A stretch of 64,000 nucleotides of DNA from Paraphysomonas bandaiensis (taxonomy: Eukaryota; Protista; Chrysophyceae), in the NCBI GenBank assembly GCA_965644295.1, contig CBFFRP010000263.1, positions 124,001 through 188,000 on the forward strand. Reading direction: 5' to 3'. Below the pieces are notes generated by a model. The model searched no databases, was not told the DNA's origin, and was given only the letters and a program-made list of their open reading frames with translations. Both the position numbers and the translations under genes were made by a program. Shown here in pieces: positions 63,371 to 64,000 of the stretch; the stretch's first letter is position 1, and each line of letters opens with the position of its first letter.

Positions 63371-64000
63371 CTGGAGTATCACGATTTTTCAAACAACCTA
63401 TTTTCGGCATTTTTTTGCCATTTTAGCCTTCCTCACGTTCTGGTGTCTAGTGTACATGCGGTCAGTGGTCCATGAGTGGCGATCTCCAAAATTATACATA
63501 CATCATCTGTGAATAATATCTCGTTAGTGTCTAGGAATATAGTGATCTATATATATGAATGATAGCGTCAAACACCCCAAGTAAAACACTTTTCTGAGTT
63601 CTTATCTGTATCATCCACACTCTGGACATAATCCATATACCCTAGATATTAATTCCCTGATAATCCAGCAGAATCTTCATTATGCACTATCATGCAACAT
63701 GTTAGAAAGATTTCGCTTTTATTGTGAGATGTGTTTAACCGGAACTATGATCTCAGGTTAAGAGCAGAAGTCATCGCACAAACAGTTTCGTTGTTCGTTA
63801 CGCATCAAACAAAAAAGGTATAGTCACACGTAAGCGCACTGTCATCGTACATGTATATCACACTACATACATACATATATATAATATGGTAATAATGTCC
63901 ATACGACTCTACACAGGCGGGGTAATTACACTGAATTGTTGAGCTTTGCTTTTTGTGAGCAATTAAAATCTGTAGCTTCTAAGATATTTAAATTATATCC

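Overview
Gene-dense eukaryotic nuclear DNA, about 40-45% GC in exons, with very short GT-AG introns of roughly 45-65 nt and many head-to-head gene pairs. This is most consistent with a stramenopile protist, possibly a chrysophyte-like ochrophyte; that placement is inference only. About 21 protein-coding genes are present. Recognisable ones are VPS51, UBA1 (ubiquitin E1), a CTL/SLC44 choline transporter, a MAP3K, cytochrome b561, GT34-like and GT61 glycosyltransferases, a lysophospholipase, a carboxylesterase, a class-III aminotransferase, a CYTH-like/RimJ-GNAT fusion, BRCT, CUE, R3H and TerB-like proteins, and a syntaxin. The most notable observations are: (1) a Qa-SNARE ending in a CaaX box (CILC) instead of a transmembrane helix; (2) a ~2.96 kb foldback element with 1111-bp near-identical inverted arms and a target-site duplication inside a bidirectional promoter; (3) a secreted silaffin-like Lys/Pro/Thr repeat protein with an RXL site; (4) a decayed A32-like viral packaging ATPase; (5) a hAT family seen as a 137-bp MITE, a 1.84-kb cargo-carrying element and a transposase relic; (6) a ~650-nt nested hairpin; (7) a recurrent ACAGCAGTA motif upstream of many genes. 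Exon structures were read by eye, so coordinates of multi-exon genes are gene spans.
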